Below, piece after piece: positions 48,689 through 59,300 of a stretch of 64,000 nt of DNA (positions are counted from its first letter, which is position 1; each line of letters begins with the position of its first letter). The position numbers and the translations under genes are program-made. The stretch comes from an uncultured Chitinophagales bacterium (GTDB lineage Bacteria > Bacteroidota > Bacteroidia > Chitinophagales > UBA8649). The stretch spans positions 4,450 through 68,449 of the forward strand of contig CAWVRT010000007.1 in assembly GCA_963932515.1 (NCBI GenBank), given 5' to 3'. A model generated the notes under the pieces. The model did not search any database, was not told the origin of the DNA, and saw only the letters and a program-made list of their open reading frames with translations.

Positions 48689-49411
48689 TTACCAATCCTT
48701 ATCAGAATTTATTTGAACGGGAACCATATCTTCTTGCTTCTTTTTATCTTGTAATTTCTGCTCCTGGCTTTCAATAGCTCTTAATAACCTTTCTGCTTCT
48801 TCCTTCGTTAATTTTTGAGGTTTAGGCTTTCCTTCTTCATCTTGCTTTTCCTCTCCCTTATCTTTTTTATCTTCGGATTTTTCTTCTTTTTTATCTTCGG
48901 ATTTTTCTTCTTTAGGTTCTTCTTTTTTATCGCCGTCTTTCTGATCTTCTTTGTCTTTATTTTGTTCCTGCTGCTGTTGCTCTTCTGCTAACATTTCTTG
49001 AGCATAAGCCAAATTGTATTTAGCGTCTAAATCTTTTGAATTATTTCTTAAAGACTGTTTGTAATATTTAATAGCGTCTTCCCATTTCTTTTCAGCCATA
49101 AATGTGTTTCCTATATTGTAAGAAACTTCCGCCATTTCAATTTTTGTCTTACTAAAAACTAATGCTTTTTCATAACTTTCTCTAGCTTCTTCAAATCTTT
49201 GTTGTTCATAGATAGCATTTCCCAAGTTAAAATAGGCTTCCATTACCGTATCTTTATTTTCTATTACTTTTCTAAATTTCGCTTCTGCTTCGCTGTAGTT
49301 TTTATTTTCGAAATATTTTATTCCTTTCTTAATATTAGAATAGTTCTCTTGCGAAAAACTATAAAAACTACCAAAAGCCATAAACAATAATATAAAACTA
49401 TACTTACTCAT
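48689..49411 (-). CDS. TPR protein with Lys/Glu-rich tail (BatC-like)
   Basis: 240 aa with a signal peptide and TPR units (YFNLGNAIYEQQRFEEARESYEKAL...). The repetitive tail is acidic and basic. Lies 5 nt downstream of a VWA gene, as in Bat operons. Confidence 0.7.
   Translation of the reverse strand: MSKYSFILLFMAFGSFYSFSQENYSNIKKGIKYFENKNYSEAEAKFRKVIENKDTVMEAYFNLGNAIYEQQRFEEARESYEKALVFSKTKIEMAEVSYNIGNTFMAEKKWEDAIKYYKQSLRNNSKDLDAKYNLAYAQEMLAEEQQQQEQNKDKEDQKDGDKKEEPKEEKSEDKKEEKSEDKKDKGEEKQDEEGKPKPQKLTKEEAERLLRAIESQEQKLQDKKKQEDMVPVQINSDKDW
48861..48908. repeat. Perfect 24-bp tandem duplication inside the BatC-like gene
   Basis: tcttttttatcttcggatttttct occurs twice back to back (48861-48884 and 48885-48908). 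It encodes the repeated EEKSEDKK. Confidence 0.95.
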
Positions 49412-49416
49412 AAAAT

Positions 49417-50433
49417 TTATTTCTTAAAAAAGTTAATGCTAAACTTTGATTTTCTAAAACTTATCAAAAACTCAATCAACAATAATATAAAGGCAATAAA
49501 CAAAAATACTTGAAAATGTTGTTTGTAGTCTGTAATTACTTTTTCTTCAAAAACTTTACCATCCAAACTCCCTAATTCATCAATAATACTAGCGGTAATA
49601 TTCTTGTCATTGATGTGATGATACGTTCCGTTGGCTTCTTTAGATAAGTCCCTCAACATATCTTCATTCAATTTTGTAACTACAATATTTCCTTCACTAT
49701 CTTTTTTAAAGTCTCCTCTATTACCAATAGGTATAGGGCCTCCTTTTTTAGTTCCTACACCAATAGTTATCACTTTGATTCCATTTTCATTTGCATTGGC
49801 TATTGCATCTTCAGCATTTCCTTCATGGTTTTCACCATCAGAAATAACCAATAAAACCTTTTGATTTTTTTGTTCTTTAGGATAGGAGCGTTCCGCTAAT
49901 TCTACGGCATCTCCAATAGCAGTTCCTTGTGTTGGTACCAAGTCTGTATTTACTTGCTTTAGGAACATTTTAGTGGCAGAATAATCAACTGTCAATGGCA
50001 TTTGTAAATAGGCATTCCCTGCAAAAACAATTAAGCCAATTCTATCATTAGACATTTCATTGATTAAATTAGAAACAAATTGTCTAGCTTTTAGCATTCT
50101 ACTAGGTTGAATATCTGTAGCATTCATAGATTTAGAAACATCTATGGCTATCATTACATCTACCCCTTCTCTTTTTACGGCTTCAAATTTTGTTCCGATT
50201 TTAGGATTGATTAAAGCGATAACAATTGCTAAGAATCCTAACAAAACAAAGAAAAACTTTACATATTGCTTAAAGTTAGATTGCCCTTCAGACAGTCGAC
50301 TAAAAAGAGTTTCTTTTTTTGCAAAAGAACTAATCGCTTTTCTTTTCCATAATATATACCAAACAAATAAACCAATCAAGGGTATCAGTAAGAAGAAAAG
50401 ATTCAAATATTCTATGTGTTCAAATTGTAACAT
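49417..50433 (-). CDS. VWA domain membrane protein (BatA/BatB-like)
   Basis: 338 aa. The N-terminus FEHIEYLNLFFLLIPLIGLF with TM segments, and the MIDAS motif AIDVSKSM. Confidence 0.85.
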   Translation of the reverse strand: MLQFEHIEYLNLFFLLIPLIGLFVWYILWKRKAISSFAKKETLFSRLSEGQSNFKQYVKFFFVLLGFLAIVIALINPKIGTKFEAVKREGVDVMIAIDVSKSMNATDIQPSRMLKARQFVSNLINEMSNDRIGLIVFAGNAYLQMPLTVDYSATKMFLKQVNTDLVPTQGTAIGDAVELAERSYPKEQKNQKVLLVISDGENHEGNAEDAIANANENGIKVITIGVGTKKGGPIPIGNRGDFKKDSEGNIVVTKLNEDMLRDLSKEANGTYHHINDKNITASIIDELGSLDGKVFEEKVITDYKQHFQVFLFIAFILLLIEFLISFRKSKFSINFFKK

Positions 50434-50630
50434 AATTACAAAGATATATACTCCAATCTATAAACTATTATTTAAAAAGTATTTAAGGAAATTTAACGCA
50501 CATTTAAAAAATATTTTTAAACTCCCTATAAAATTTATATATACGACTTCGTTCTCCACAAGGGAAAAGCATATACATAATATAGTTTCAAAATATTTTC
50601 CAAACTTTAATCTTTTTTTAAGTTTTTTCA

Positions 50631-50638
50631 TAAATTTG
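50631..50638 (+). promoter_or_regulatory. -7 promoter box candidate immediately upstream of the ECF sigma gene
   Basis: TAAATTTG matches TAnnTTTG. Only 6 nt separate it from the ATG at 50645. Confidence 0.3.
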
Positions 50639-50644
50639 TAGTAG

Positions 50645-51226
50645 ATGTTTTCTAAACAAGAAAAAAATATTTCAAAATTGCCGGATAATGAACTTATAGA
50701 ATTATTCAGGCATTCTCATGACAATAAATATATTGTGCATCTTTACTTAAAATATTCTCATTTAGTATTAGGCCTGTGTATTAAATATTATCGTGATGTA
50801 GATAGAGCGAATGATGCCTTGATGAATATCTTTGAATTGTTAATCAAAGAACTCAAAAAACATAAAGTCGAAAATTTTAAATCTTGGCTTTATTCTGTAT
50901 CTAAAAATTATTGCTTGCAAGATTTAAGAAAAAATAAAACTAAACTAAAGAAAAGTGAAGCTTTTGAAGTTATTTTGAAAGAATCTATGGAAATTGATGA
51001 TGAAAAGCATCAATTTATAAAAGAAGAAAAAGAAAAACTATTAATCAGAATGGGAAAAGCATTGCCTTTGTTAAATCACGAACAACAAAAATGCTTGAAA
51101 ATGTTTTATCTTGAAAGTTATACTTATGCCGAAATTTCTGTAGAGACTGGTTACACCTTAAATGAAGTGAAAAGTTATATTCAAAACGGTAAAAGGAATT
51201 TAAAAACCAAGATACTTGAAAAATAA
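50645..51226 (+). CDS. ECF-type RNA polymerase sigma-70 factor
   Basis: 193 aa. Region 2 (FKSWLYSVSKNYCLQDLRK) and region 4 HTH (YLESYTYAEISVETGYTLNEVKSYIQNGKRNLK). Confidence 0.85.
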   Translation: MFSKQEKNISKLPDNELIELFRHSHDNKYIVHLYLKYSHLVLGLCIKYYRDVDRANDALMNIFELLIKELKKHKVENFKSWLYSVSKNYCLQDLRKNKTKLKKSEAFEVILKESMEIDDEKHQFIKEEKEKLLIRMGKALPLLNHEQQKCLKMFYLESYTYAEISVETGYTLNEVKSYIQNGKRNLKTKILEK

Positions 51227-52224
51227 TGGAAAAGAAAAATAAAAACAGCGAATTAAAAAATTTCAAAAAACACTATACCGGCAAGATGAGTTCTGAAGAA
51301 GAAGTTGCCTTTGAAAAAAATTTGGAAGAAGATCCATTTGCTAAGGAAGCTTATGAAGGATTCCTATATTTAGAAAATGATTCTGCTCGAATTTCTTTAA
51401 TTGAAAAGAAAAATTTGGTTTTAAAAGAAAAATTTGGTTTTAAAAACAATAGGAATATTTTTCCTTTAAAATATGCTATCACTTTTGCCGCTTCATTGGC
51501 CTTTTTTATTAGCTCTTATATTGTTATACAAAATAATCTTTCTACTAACAATGAAAATTTAGCGGAGAATCACATAGAAGAGTTAAATATTCCAGAAATG
51601 ATTGATTCTTTAGCAGGTAGTACCTTTTCAAATACACTCACAGGAATTAAAGAAACTACAAAACCAAACAAGAAAAAGAAAACTTTTGAAACTGTAGGCA
51701 AGGCAGTTCAAATTGAGAAATCAAAAAAACATAATGACACTGAGTTTGATAATTATAAAAAACGTACAAGGGGAAAAGGAGTTTCATCTCAAATAGAAAA
51801 CAAAGATAATTTTAAACAATCTACAAATACAGCTTATACTGATGACAGTGAAATTGTAGCACTCGAAAACCTGAAAAATCCTTCTGAATATAAAAAGGGA
51901 ATTGTTACATACAACAAAAGTGAGTTCACTAAAGCCATAAAACATTTCAATAACTCACTCATTCAAAACAACAAAATATCTGGCTCTTATTATTATATAG
52001 CCATGTCTTATTTCAATCAAAATCAATCTTTAAACGCTATAAAGTATTTTGACAAAACAATTGACATAGATTTAGATTTTAAAGATAATGCCTTATGGTA
52101 TAAATCTTTAGCTTTATTAAATAGTGGTAAAAAAATTGAAGCAGAAGTTATTTTAACACAAATTTCTATTTCAAACTCCACCTATAAGAATGTTGCAATT
52201 AAAAAACTAGCAACTTTAAATTAA
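51226..52224 (+). CDS. Single-pass membrane protein with C-terminal TPR, putative anti-sigma partner
   Basis: 332 aa. TAATG overlap with the sigma gene. One TM segment (YAITFAASLAFFISSYIVI) and a TPR-like C-terminus. The role is inferred from position. Confidence 0.55.
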   Translation: MEKKNKNSELKNFKKHYTGKMSSEEEVAFEKNLEEDPFAKEAYEGFLYLENDSARISLIEKKNLVLKEKFGFKNNRNIFPLKYAITFAASLAFFISSYIVIQNNLSTNNENLAENHIEELNIPEMIDSLAGSTFSNTLTGIKETTKPNKKKKTFETVGKAVQIEKSKKHNDTEFDNYKKRTRGKGVSSQIENKDNFKQSTNTAYTDDSEIVALENLKNPSEYKKGIVTYNKSEFTKAIKHFNNSLIQNNKISGSYYYIAMSYFNQNQSLNAIKYFDKTIDIDLDFKDNALWYKSLALLNSGKKIEAEVILTQISISNSTYKNVAIKKLATLN

Positions 52225-53507
52225 TCTATTATACTTTCCATTTTCATTCCTCTTGATCCTTTTATAAGTATTATAGACGCTTGCATTTTTTCATTGATAA
52301 ACCATTGTTTAAGTTTTTCTGTTGTTTCAAAAAAAATGGCATTATCAGCAGTACATTGACTAAAGTCTTTTCCAACAAAAATAGTTTTCTCAAAATTTGA
52401 TGAGCAGACAAAATCAACAATTTCTTGATGCAGTTTTAAAGAGTCTTTTCCTAATTCGAACATATCTCCTATCATAACGACTTTTTGAGCACCAAGTAAT
52501 TTTGAAAAACTATCTACAGCTGCTTTTACACTTGTAGGGTTAGCATTATAAGCATCTAAGATTACTAAATTTGTGCCTACTTCTCTAATCTCTGAACGAT
52601 TATTTTTAGGTATATAACCTTCTAATCCTGACTTCATAAGTTCAAAAGAAATATCAAAATAAGAACCAATTGCTAAGGCTGCAGAAATATTACTAACATT
52701 ATATTCCCCAAATAAATTTGTTCTAATCCTCTCTTTTACTAAGTCTTCTTCTACTAAAGTTAATTGAACAGTTGGAAAAGAATTTAATACTTTTACTCGT
52801 GTATCTACCGATTCCTTGTTCCCATAACTAATTCTAAACTCATAATCATTGACCAAGGATTTTACAAGCTCATCATCATCATTAAAAAAGATAATTTTAT
52901 TATTCTCTTTCAATTCCGTATAAAGTTCAGTTTTTGCAGTAATAATGTTTTCAAAACTTCCAAACCCTTCTAAATGAGCACTTCCTATATTTGTAATTAA
53001 GCCCAAAGTAGGTTTCATCCATTTACAATAATCAGCTATTTCACCAACATGGTTTGCGCCCATTTCTATAATAGCAATTTCAGTTTCTTTAGTTATAGAT
53101 AGTAATGATAAAGGAACACCTATATGGTTATTAAAATTTCCTTTAGTTGCAAAGACATTGAACTTTGTACTTAATACAGTATTTATTAATTCCTTGGTAG
53201 TTGTTTTACCATTGGTACCTGTTATACCAATTACTGGAATTTTAAACATAGAACGGTGGTGAGCAGCTAATTCTTGGAGTGTTTTCAAAACATCTTCAAC
53301 TAAAATATAGCGTTCACTAGTTACATATTCTTTTTCATCTATTACAACAAAAAGAGCTCCTAGTTCTAATGCTTTATCGGCAAATCTATTCCCATTAAAC
53401 GAATCTCCTTTTAAGGCAAAAAATATATTTCCCTCCTCTATCGCTCTTGTATCTGTGGCTACACCCGTAGACTCTAAAAATTGACTATATAAATCATTCA
53501 TTTGCAT
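52221..53507 (-). CDS. murF: UDP-N-acetylmuramoyl-tripeptide--D-alanyl-D-alanine ligase
   Basis: 428 aa. ATP-binding GITGTNGKTTTKE and Mur ligase C-terminal blocks (DAYNANPTS). Confidence 0.93.
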   Translation of the reverse strand: MQMNDLYSQFLESTGVATDTRAIEEGNIFFALKGDSFNGNRFADKALELGALFVVIDEKEYVTSERYILVEDVLKTLQELAAHHRSMFKIPVIGITGTNGKTTTKELINTVLSTKFNVFATKGNFNNHIGVPLSLLSITKETEIAIIEMGANHVGEIADYCKWMKPTLGLITNIGSAHLEGFGSFENIITAKTELYTELKENNKIIFFNDDDELVKSLVNDYEFRISYGNKESVDTRVKVLNSFPTVQLTLVEEDLVKERIRTNLFGEYNVSNISAALAIGSYFDISFELMKSGLEGYIPKNNRSEIREVGTNLVILDAYNANPTSVKAAVDSFSKLLGAQKVVMIGDMFELGKDSLKLHQEIVDFVCSSNFEKTIFVGKDFSQCTADNAIFFETTEKLKQWFINEKMQASIILIKGSRGMKMESIID

Positions 53508-53517
53508 AAAACAAAAC

Positions 53518-53548
53518 TAAAAAAAAACCCAGACGATAAACGTCTGGG
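53518..53548 (-). terminator. Rho-independent terminator after gldJ
   Basis: The stem cccagacg (53528-53535) pairs with cgtctggg (53541-53548). On the minus strand it is followed by a run of about nine T. Confidence 0.75.
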
Positions 53549-53573
53549 TCCTTTTAATTTATAAACTGATATA

Positions 53574-55067
53574 TTACCATTGTCTTTTTTTGTTGAAATT
53601 GTTTCCACCTTTAAATTTATTTCCGGCAGGAGATCCAACTCTAAGCATAGCACATCTAAATCCAATTTCATCAGAAGCTTCAGATTGATCTAAAAATCTT
53701 CTAGCCCCAGGAGATAAATAATATGCTCTGTCACTCCATGATCCACCCTTATAAACTCTAGATTGATTGTTTACTAAAGAAGAATTACCATAGCTATACA
53801 TGTGCTTGTTACCATTTAAAGAAGCATCATCTCCATCTAAATAATCTCTAACATCTGCATGTCTATAATTTCTTCTAGTTGCTACTTCTTCATCAGTTAC
53901 ATTTCTGTAAGCTAATTTACCTGTAGTATCATTTTTAGCAGCAATTTCTCCTTCATCATCTAAAACTAAAGTTTTAAATTCATTCCCTCTAAAAGTATTG
54001 AAATCATTTGCATCATTAGTCGTCATTGGTCTATAAACATCTAACACCCATTCACTAACGTTGCCAGCCATATTAAACAATCCAAAATCATTTGGCACAA
54101 ATGCATCAACTTCAGCAGTTACAGATGCATTATCATTTAAGTTTCCTGCAATTCCCATATTATCACCTCTACCTCTTTTGAAGTTTGCCATAAAATCACC
54201 TTGCCATCCACCTTTATAATATCTAATTGTAGTACCATTCCAAGGATAAATTCTTCTATCAGAAATTCTTTCATCTTCTTCATCAACAGTGTTTCCAATT
54301 AAAGCTAAAGCAGCATATTCCCACTCCGCTTCTGTTGGTAATCTGTAATCTGGCAGCAAGATACCATCAGTAAATTCTACTTGTCTGTATTCTTCACCGT
54401 TAGGGTTTAAATTCTTAATAGGTTTTTTACCTGCTACACCTTCATATTGTCCAGCGAAATATGCATCTGTATTAAAATTATCAGAGTTTACTTGATTTGG
54501 GTTTAATTCTAAAACACCTTGTCTTATTAAAATCTTTTCATTTACTCTATCCGTTCTCCACCCACAGTAATCATTGGCTTGATTCCAGTCTACACCAACT
54601 ACGGGATAGTTGTCATAAGCAGGGTGTGAAAAATAATACTCTACATAAGGCTCGTTATATGCTAACTCATCTCTCCAAACTTCCTGATCTGGTTCTGCAG
54701 CAGCAATTATTTCCTTATAATCTGTACCATAGATTCTCTTTAACCAATATAAATATTCTCTATAGTCAATATTCCTAACTTCAGTTTCATCCATATAGAA
54801 AGAGCTAATAGTTACTCTTCTTGGAACATTATGGTGCTCATACATAACATCTTGTTCTGTATTACCCATAATAAAAGTACCCCCTTCAACAAAAACTAGC
54901 CCAGGTCCAGTTTCTTGTCCCAGATAAGGTATATCTTCAAATCCACCCCAATCAGGATTATTATACTCCCAACCAGTTGTTGAAGATCCACTTTTGGTAC
55001 AAGAGTTCAAACTCAACATTCCAAAGGCTGCAAATAGCATAAATACTAATGAAATTTTCTTATTCAT
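53574..55067 (-). CDS. gldJ: Gliding motility lipoprotein GldJ (FGE-sulfatase/SUMF1 fold, GldK/PorK paralogue)
   Basis: 497 aa with the lipobox LNSC. TGWEYNNPDWGGFE, PGLVFVEGGTFIMG, SFYMDETEVRN and a C-terminal YKGGSWSD block. The murF and porU/porV neighbours match what I recall of the Flavobacterium johnsoniae gldJ locus. Confidence 0.8.
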   Translation of the reverse strand: MNKKISLVFMLFAAFGMLSLNSCTKSGSSTTGWEYNNPDWGGFEDIPYLGQETGPGLVFVEGGTFIMGNTEQDVMYEHHNVPRRVTISSFYMDETEVRNIDYREYLYWLKRIYGTDYKEIIAAAEPDQEVWRDELAYNEPYVEYYFSHPAYDNYPVVGVDWNQANDYCGWRTDRVNEKILIRQGVLELNPNQVNSDNFNTDAYFAGQYEGVAGKKPIKNLNPNGEEYRQVEFTDGILLPDYRLPTEAEWEYAALALIGNTVDEEDERISDRRIYPWNGTTIRYYKGGWQGDFMANFKRGRGDNMGIAGNLNDNASVTAEVDAFVPNDFGLFNMAGNVSEWVLDVYRPMTTNDANDFNTFRGNEFKTLVLDDEGEIAAKNDTTGKLAYRNVTDEEVATRRNYRHADVRDYLDGDDASLNGNKHMYSYGNSSLVNNQSRVYKGGSWSDRAYYLSPGARRFLDQSEASDEIGFRCAMLRVGSPAGNKFKGGNNFNKKRQW

Positions 55068-55123
55068 AATTGTTATCTTTTTAGATAGTGCGCTAATATA
55101 TGTCTTTTTTTAATTTTTACGAA

Positions 55124-56179
55124 CTAAAAATCCAAATAATATGGACAAGGCATTATTCCTTGCCTATAACTTGGGTTTAAAGAATTATCTTCTTTAGTGA
55201 AATTAAATACAAACGTAAACTCATGAGAACCAGCAGAAACTACCAGCGGAGACACATTTATATCATAACTATAACCAAACCTTATTATACTCTTTTTAAA
55301 ACCAAGTCCTATTATAACGGCATCCATGTTCTTTATAGTATGTCTTCCCCATAAACTTAAATATATAAAATCATAACCCACCATGCTTCCTAAGGTAATT
55401 TGATGGAAATTGTTTTGATAAACATACAAAGCTTGAGGTGCTATAAAAAACTTTTTATTATAGGGGTTTTTTCCGATTTTGAATAAGGCTCCGGCATGAA
55501 CAGCCATCCTCATTTTATATTCTTTTTCTCCGTAAAATCCACTTTCTGGAATTACATTACTAAAAGCAACTCCACCATAATATTTTCCAGTAAAAATAAC
55601 TGCTCCCGCACTCGCATTAAAAATATTTTTATTTGTTTTTACTGGTGGTGGTTCATTTGAAATATTTGGTACGCCAATAGATTGATTAAATCCTGTAATA
55701 GGATCTATTTGGTCTAAAAACTTAAGGTCATAGAAGTTAATATACCTGTTTTTATAAGAACCAGATATCCCTAATTTTAAACCCACTTTCTTATTGAATC
55801 GAACTTGGTAAGAATACGTTAAAGCTATACTGTTATTTACAATTCTATCATTAGCGATCCTATCTGAAATTAATTGTATGCCTAATCCTCCTTTTATAGC
55901 TTCTATATGTTGGTCGTAACTTAAAGCGTAAGTCACAAACCCGCCATTGGCTCCAGGTGTTAAGCCTGCCCATTGATTTCTATACGTCATAGAAACTCTT
56001 GGGCCATAAGAAATTCCCGCCAAAGCAGGATTCAAATGCAAAGGAGCAGAATAAAACTGGCTAAACTCTACCTGCTGCGCAATAAGCAACAATGGAAACA
56101 AGAATACTCCTAAGAATAATATATTATATCTTATCTTTTTTTTCAAATTTTGAAAATTTTTTACTTTTCTATACGTCAA
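55124..56179 (-). CDS. PorP/SprF-family T9SS outer-membrane protein
   Basis: 351 aa. QFYSAPLHLNPALAGI near the N-terminus and a beta-barrel-like alternating sequence to the C-terminus. Confidence 0.85.
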   Translation of the reverse strand: MTYRKVKNFQNLKKKIRYNILFLGVFLFPLLLIAQQVEFSQFYSAPLHLNPALAGISYGPRVSMTYRNQWAGLTPGANGGFVTYALSYDQHIEAIKGGLGIQLISDRIANDRIVNNSIALTYSYQVRFNKKVGLKLGISGSYKNRYINFYDLKFLDQIDPITGFNQSIGVPNISNEPPPVKTNKNIFNASAGAVIFTGKYYGGVAFSNVIPESGFYGEKEYKMRMAVHAGALFKIGKNPYNKKFFIAPQALYVYQNNFHQITLGSMVGYDFIYLSLWGRHTIKNMDAVIIGLGFKKSIIRFGYSYDINVSPLVVSAGSHEFTFVFNFTKEDNSLNPSYRQGIMPCPYYLDF

Positions 56180-56373
56180 TTATAAAGCAAGTATTACTAT
56201 TATTGTAAATGATTACCTATATTTGAAAAACTATTTTCACCTTTTACATTGTTTCAACTTTAGTATAAACGCAAAATAATGCATAAAATTATATCTATTT
56301 ATGACAATTTGGTTGCAATATTAAAATTTTAAAATCGTTTGCAAAATATAACTCTAAAAAACTTTCACATTTG

Positions 56374-59300
56374 ATGCCAATTAAAAAAATATCCGCAAGT
56401 TTCATTTTTGCAATTTTTTTGTTTTTTAGCGTAATCGCTCAAACAAATCCTCTTTTCACTAAGATGAATAAAAACTCAATTACTGGCTTTAAAAGTTTTA
56501 AACCCAATAGTTTTTTAAAAGATGGCTCTTGGAATAAAATTGGTATAACTAAAGACGGTGTGCATAAAATAGACTTCAACTTCTTAAATGATGAAGTAAA
56601 ACTTAATCCTTCAACTATTCGTTTTGACCAATTTGGTGTTTTTGGACAAGCTATGGGAATATTACCAGAATACAATGGTAGCCCTAGAACAGATGACATA
56701 GTAGAAATTCCAATAAAAATAATTGACAACAATAGCAATAACATTTGGGACAATAATGATTACATCTTATTCTATGCTCAAGGACCACACACTTGGTCTT
56801 ATGACCAGGCAGCAGATAAGTTTAGCCATACTTTTAATATTTATACTGAAATTGCTAATTACTTTATAAGTACAGATAGAGGTGCGGGATTTGAACTTCC
56901 TATAGAAACATCTCCTAGTACAGTAAACGCTCCTATTACAAACTTTGACGAAAGAGTGTTTTTTGAAGAAGACATTAACAACCTAATTTACACAGAACTT
57001 TCTGGAGGAGGCGGTTCTGGTAGAAATTGGTACGGAAAGCAATTAAATAACATAAACCCTACACAAGAAATTAGCTTTACTATTCCAGATTTAATCAGTT
57101 CTGAGAGTGTGAAATTTGAAGCTAGTTTTGCTGGTGGTCCAGTAACAAGCAATACTAATTTTAGTGTAAAAAACAATGGAAGCGCTTTGTTTTCAAAATT
57201 TATAAACGGTACTAGTTCTGGCAACTATCCTCCTATGGCTGGCTTAGCAAGCTATACAGGTTCTGTAAACCTACCTAGTGGAAATATAAATTTAGTAGTA
57301 ACTTTTTCTAGCAGCAATGCACAAGCCAAAGGCTGGGTAGATTTCATAGAAATAGTTGCCAAAAGACAATTAAAACTTCACGGTGCTTATACACCTTTTA
57401 GAAGTACGCAGAGTTTATCTAACACGATAGCTAAATATAGTGTAGCTAACAGTAATGGAACTACTGAAATTTGGGATATAACTACGCCTTCAGAAATAAA
57501 AAGAATTCAAGCGACCTTAACAGGTAGTAATTTAATTTTTACTAGTGAATCTAATTCTTTAAAAGAATTTGTCGCTGTAGATGTAAACAATAGTAATTTT
57601 GAAATTCCAACTTTTATTGAAAAAGTAGCCAATCAAAACTTACACCACTTAGAAAGTGTAGATTATGTTATAATTACAACACCTACTTTTAAACCAGCTG
57701 CAGAAAAATTAGCAAACTTCCATAGAGTAAATAGTGGATTAACTGTTTCTGTAATTATGCTAAGTCAGATTTATAATGAATTTTCTTCTGGACAACAAGA
57801 CTTAACTGCCATTAGAGATTTTTTAAAAATGTTTTACGATAGAAACTTATCCGCAGACGAAAAATTAAAGTATGTTTTACTTTTAGGAGATGGTTCCTTT
57901 GATTTTAAAGATAGAATTATAGACAACCAAAACATCATACCTACTTTTGAGAGTAATAGTTCTTTAACAACTACGGCCTCATTTTGTACAGACGATTACA
58001 TTGGCTTTTTAGATGATGATGAAGGTTTAAGTATGAGTAGTAACGCTACCGCAAATTTAGATTTAGCTATTGGAAGAATTCCTGTAAACACAGCAGATGA
58101 AGCAATTGGTGTTATTGATAAAATAATCTATTACAAAACGAATCAATCTAAAAATGCTTGGAAAAATGAACTAACTTTTGTTGCAGATGACCAAGACAAT
58201 AATTTACATTTCAGAGATGTAGAAGAAGTAATAAATACTGCGGCTATTGAAAATAAAGATTACTATAATTTCGATAAAATATATCTAGATGCTTATAAGC
58301 AAGAAAATGCTGCTGGCGGAGATAGATATCCAGATGTAGTAGATGGTGTTTTAAGAAAATTGTTTACAGGAACCTTTTTTGTAGATTACACAGGGCATGG
58401 TGGTCCAACAAACTGGGCGCAAGAAAGAGTCTTTAACATTCAAGACATTAGGAAATTAGAAAATAAAGACAAATTACCTTTATTTATGACTGCAACCTGT
58501 GATTTCAGTCCTTTTGACGACCCAACTATTATTTCTGCTGGAGAATCATTATTACTAAACCCTAATGGTGGTGCTATTGCAATGCTTTCTACCACTAGAC
58601 TGGTATATTCTAACAGTAACAAGCAAATGAATAAAGCAGTCATGAATTATTTGTTTCAGAAAGTAAATGGTAGAATGCCTACTGTTGGCGAAATACTTCA
58701 ACAAGCAAAAAATGAAGCAAGTAGCAATGCGAACAATAGAAAATTTGTCTTATTAGGAGATCCTGCGTTAACTTTAGAATATCCAAAATATGAAGTAGTC
58801 ACTACTAAGATTAATAATAATTCAATCTTAAATACAGACACTTTAAAAGCTCTTTCAAAAGTTAGTTTTGAAGGTGGCATAATGGATGACAACGGTTCTT
58901 TAATGACAAATTTCAATGGGGTTGTTTTTGCAAAAGTTTTTGATAAGGAAGCTACTTATTCTACCAAAGGAAATGATGGAGATAGTCAAGCAGAAAATTA
59001 TCAATTAAGAAACAATGTTATTTTTCAAGGTAAATCTAGTGTCGTCAGTGGACAATTTAAGTTTGAATTTATTGTACCTAAAGACATTAATTATTCTTTT
59101 GGAAATGGAAAAATAACCTACTATGCCGAGCAAACAAATAATACAGCAATTGATGCTCATGGATATAATTACAATTTTATAATAGGTGGTACAGAGCCTA
59201 ATATAGTACCAGATGATAAAGGACCAATTGTAGAAGTTTATATGAACGATTCTAGTTTTGCTTTTGGTGGTTTAACAGATGAAAACCCAGTACTTTTAGT

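Noticed and set aside
50144-50641. A 165-aa plus-strand ORF spanning the VWA gene start and the intergenic region
   Set aside because: It is mostly antisense to the well-supported VWA gene. It is low-complexity and K/F/I-rich, and it would run through the promoter region of the sigma gene.
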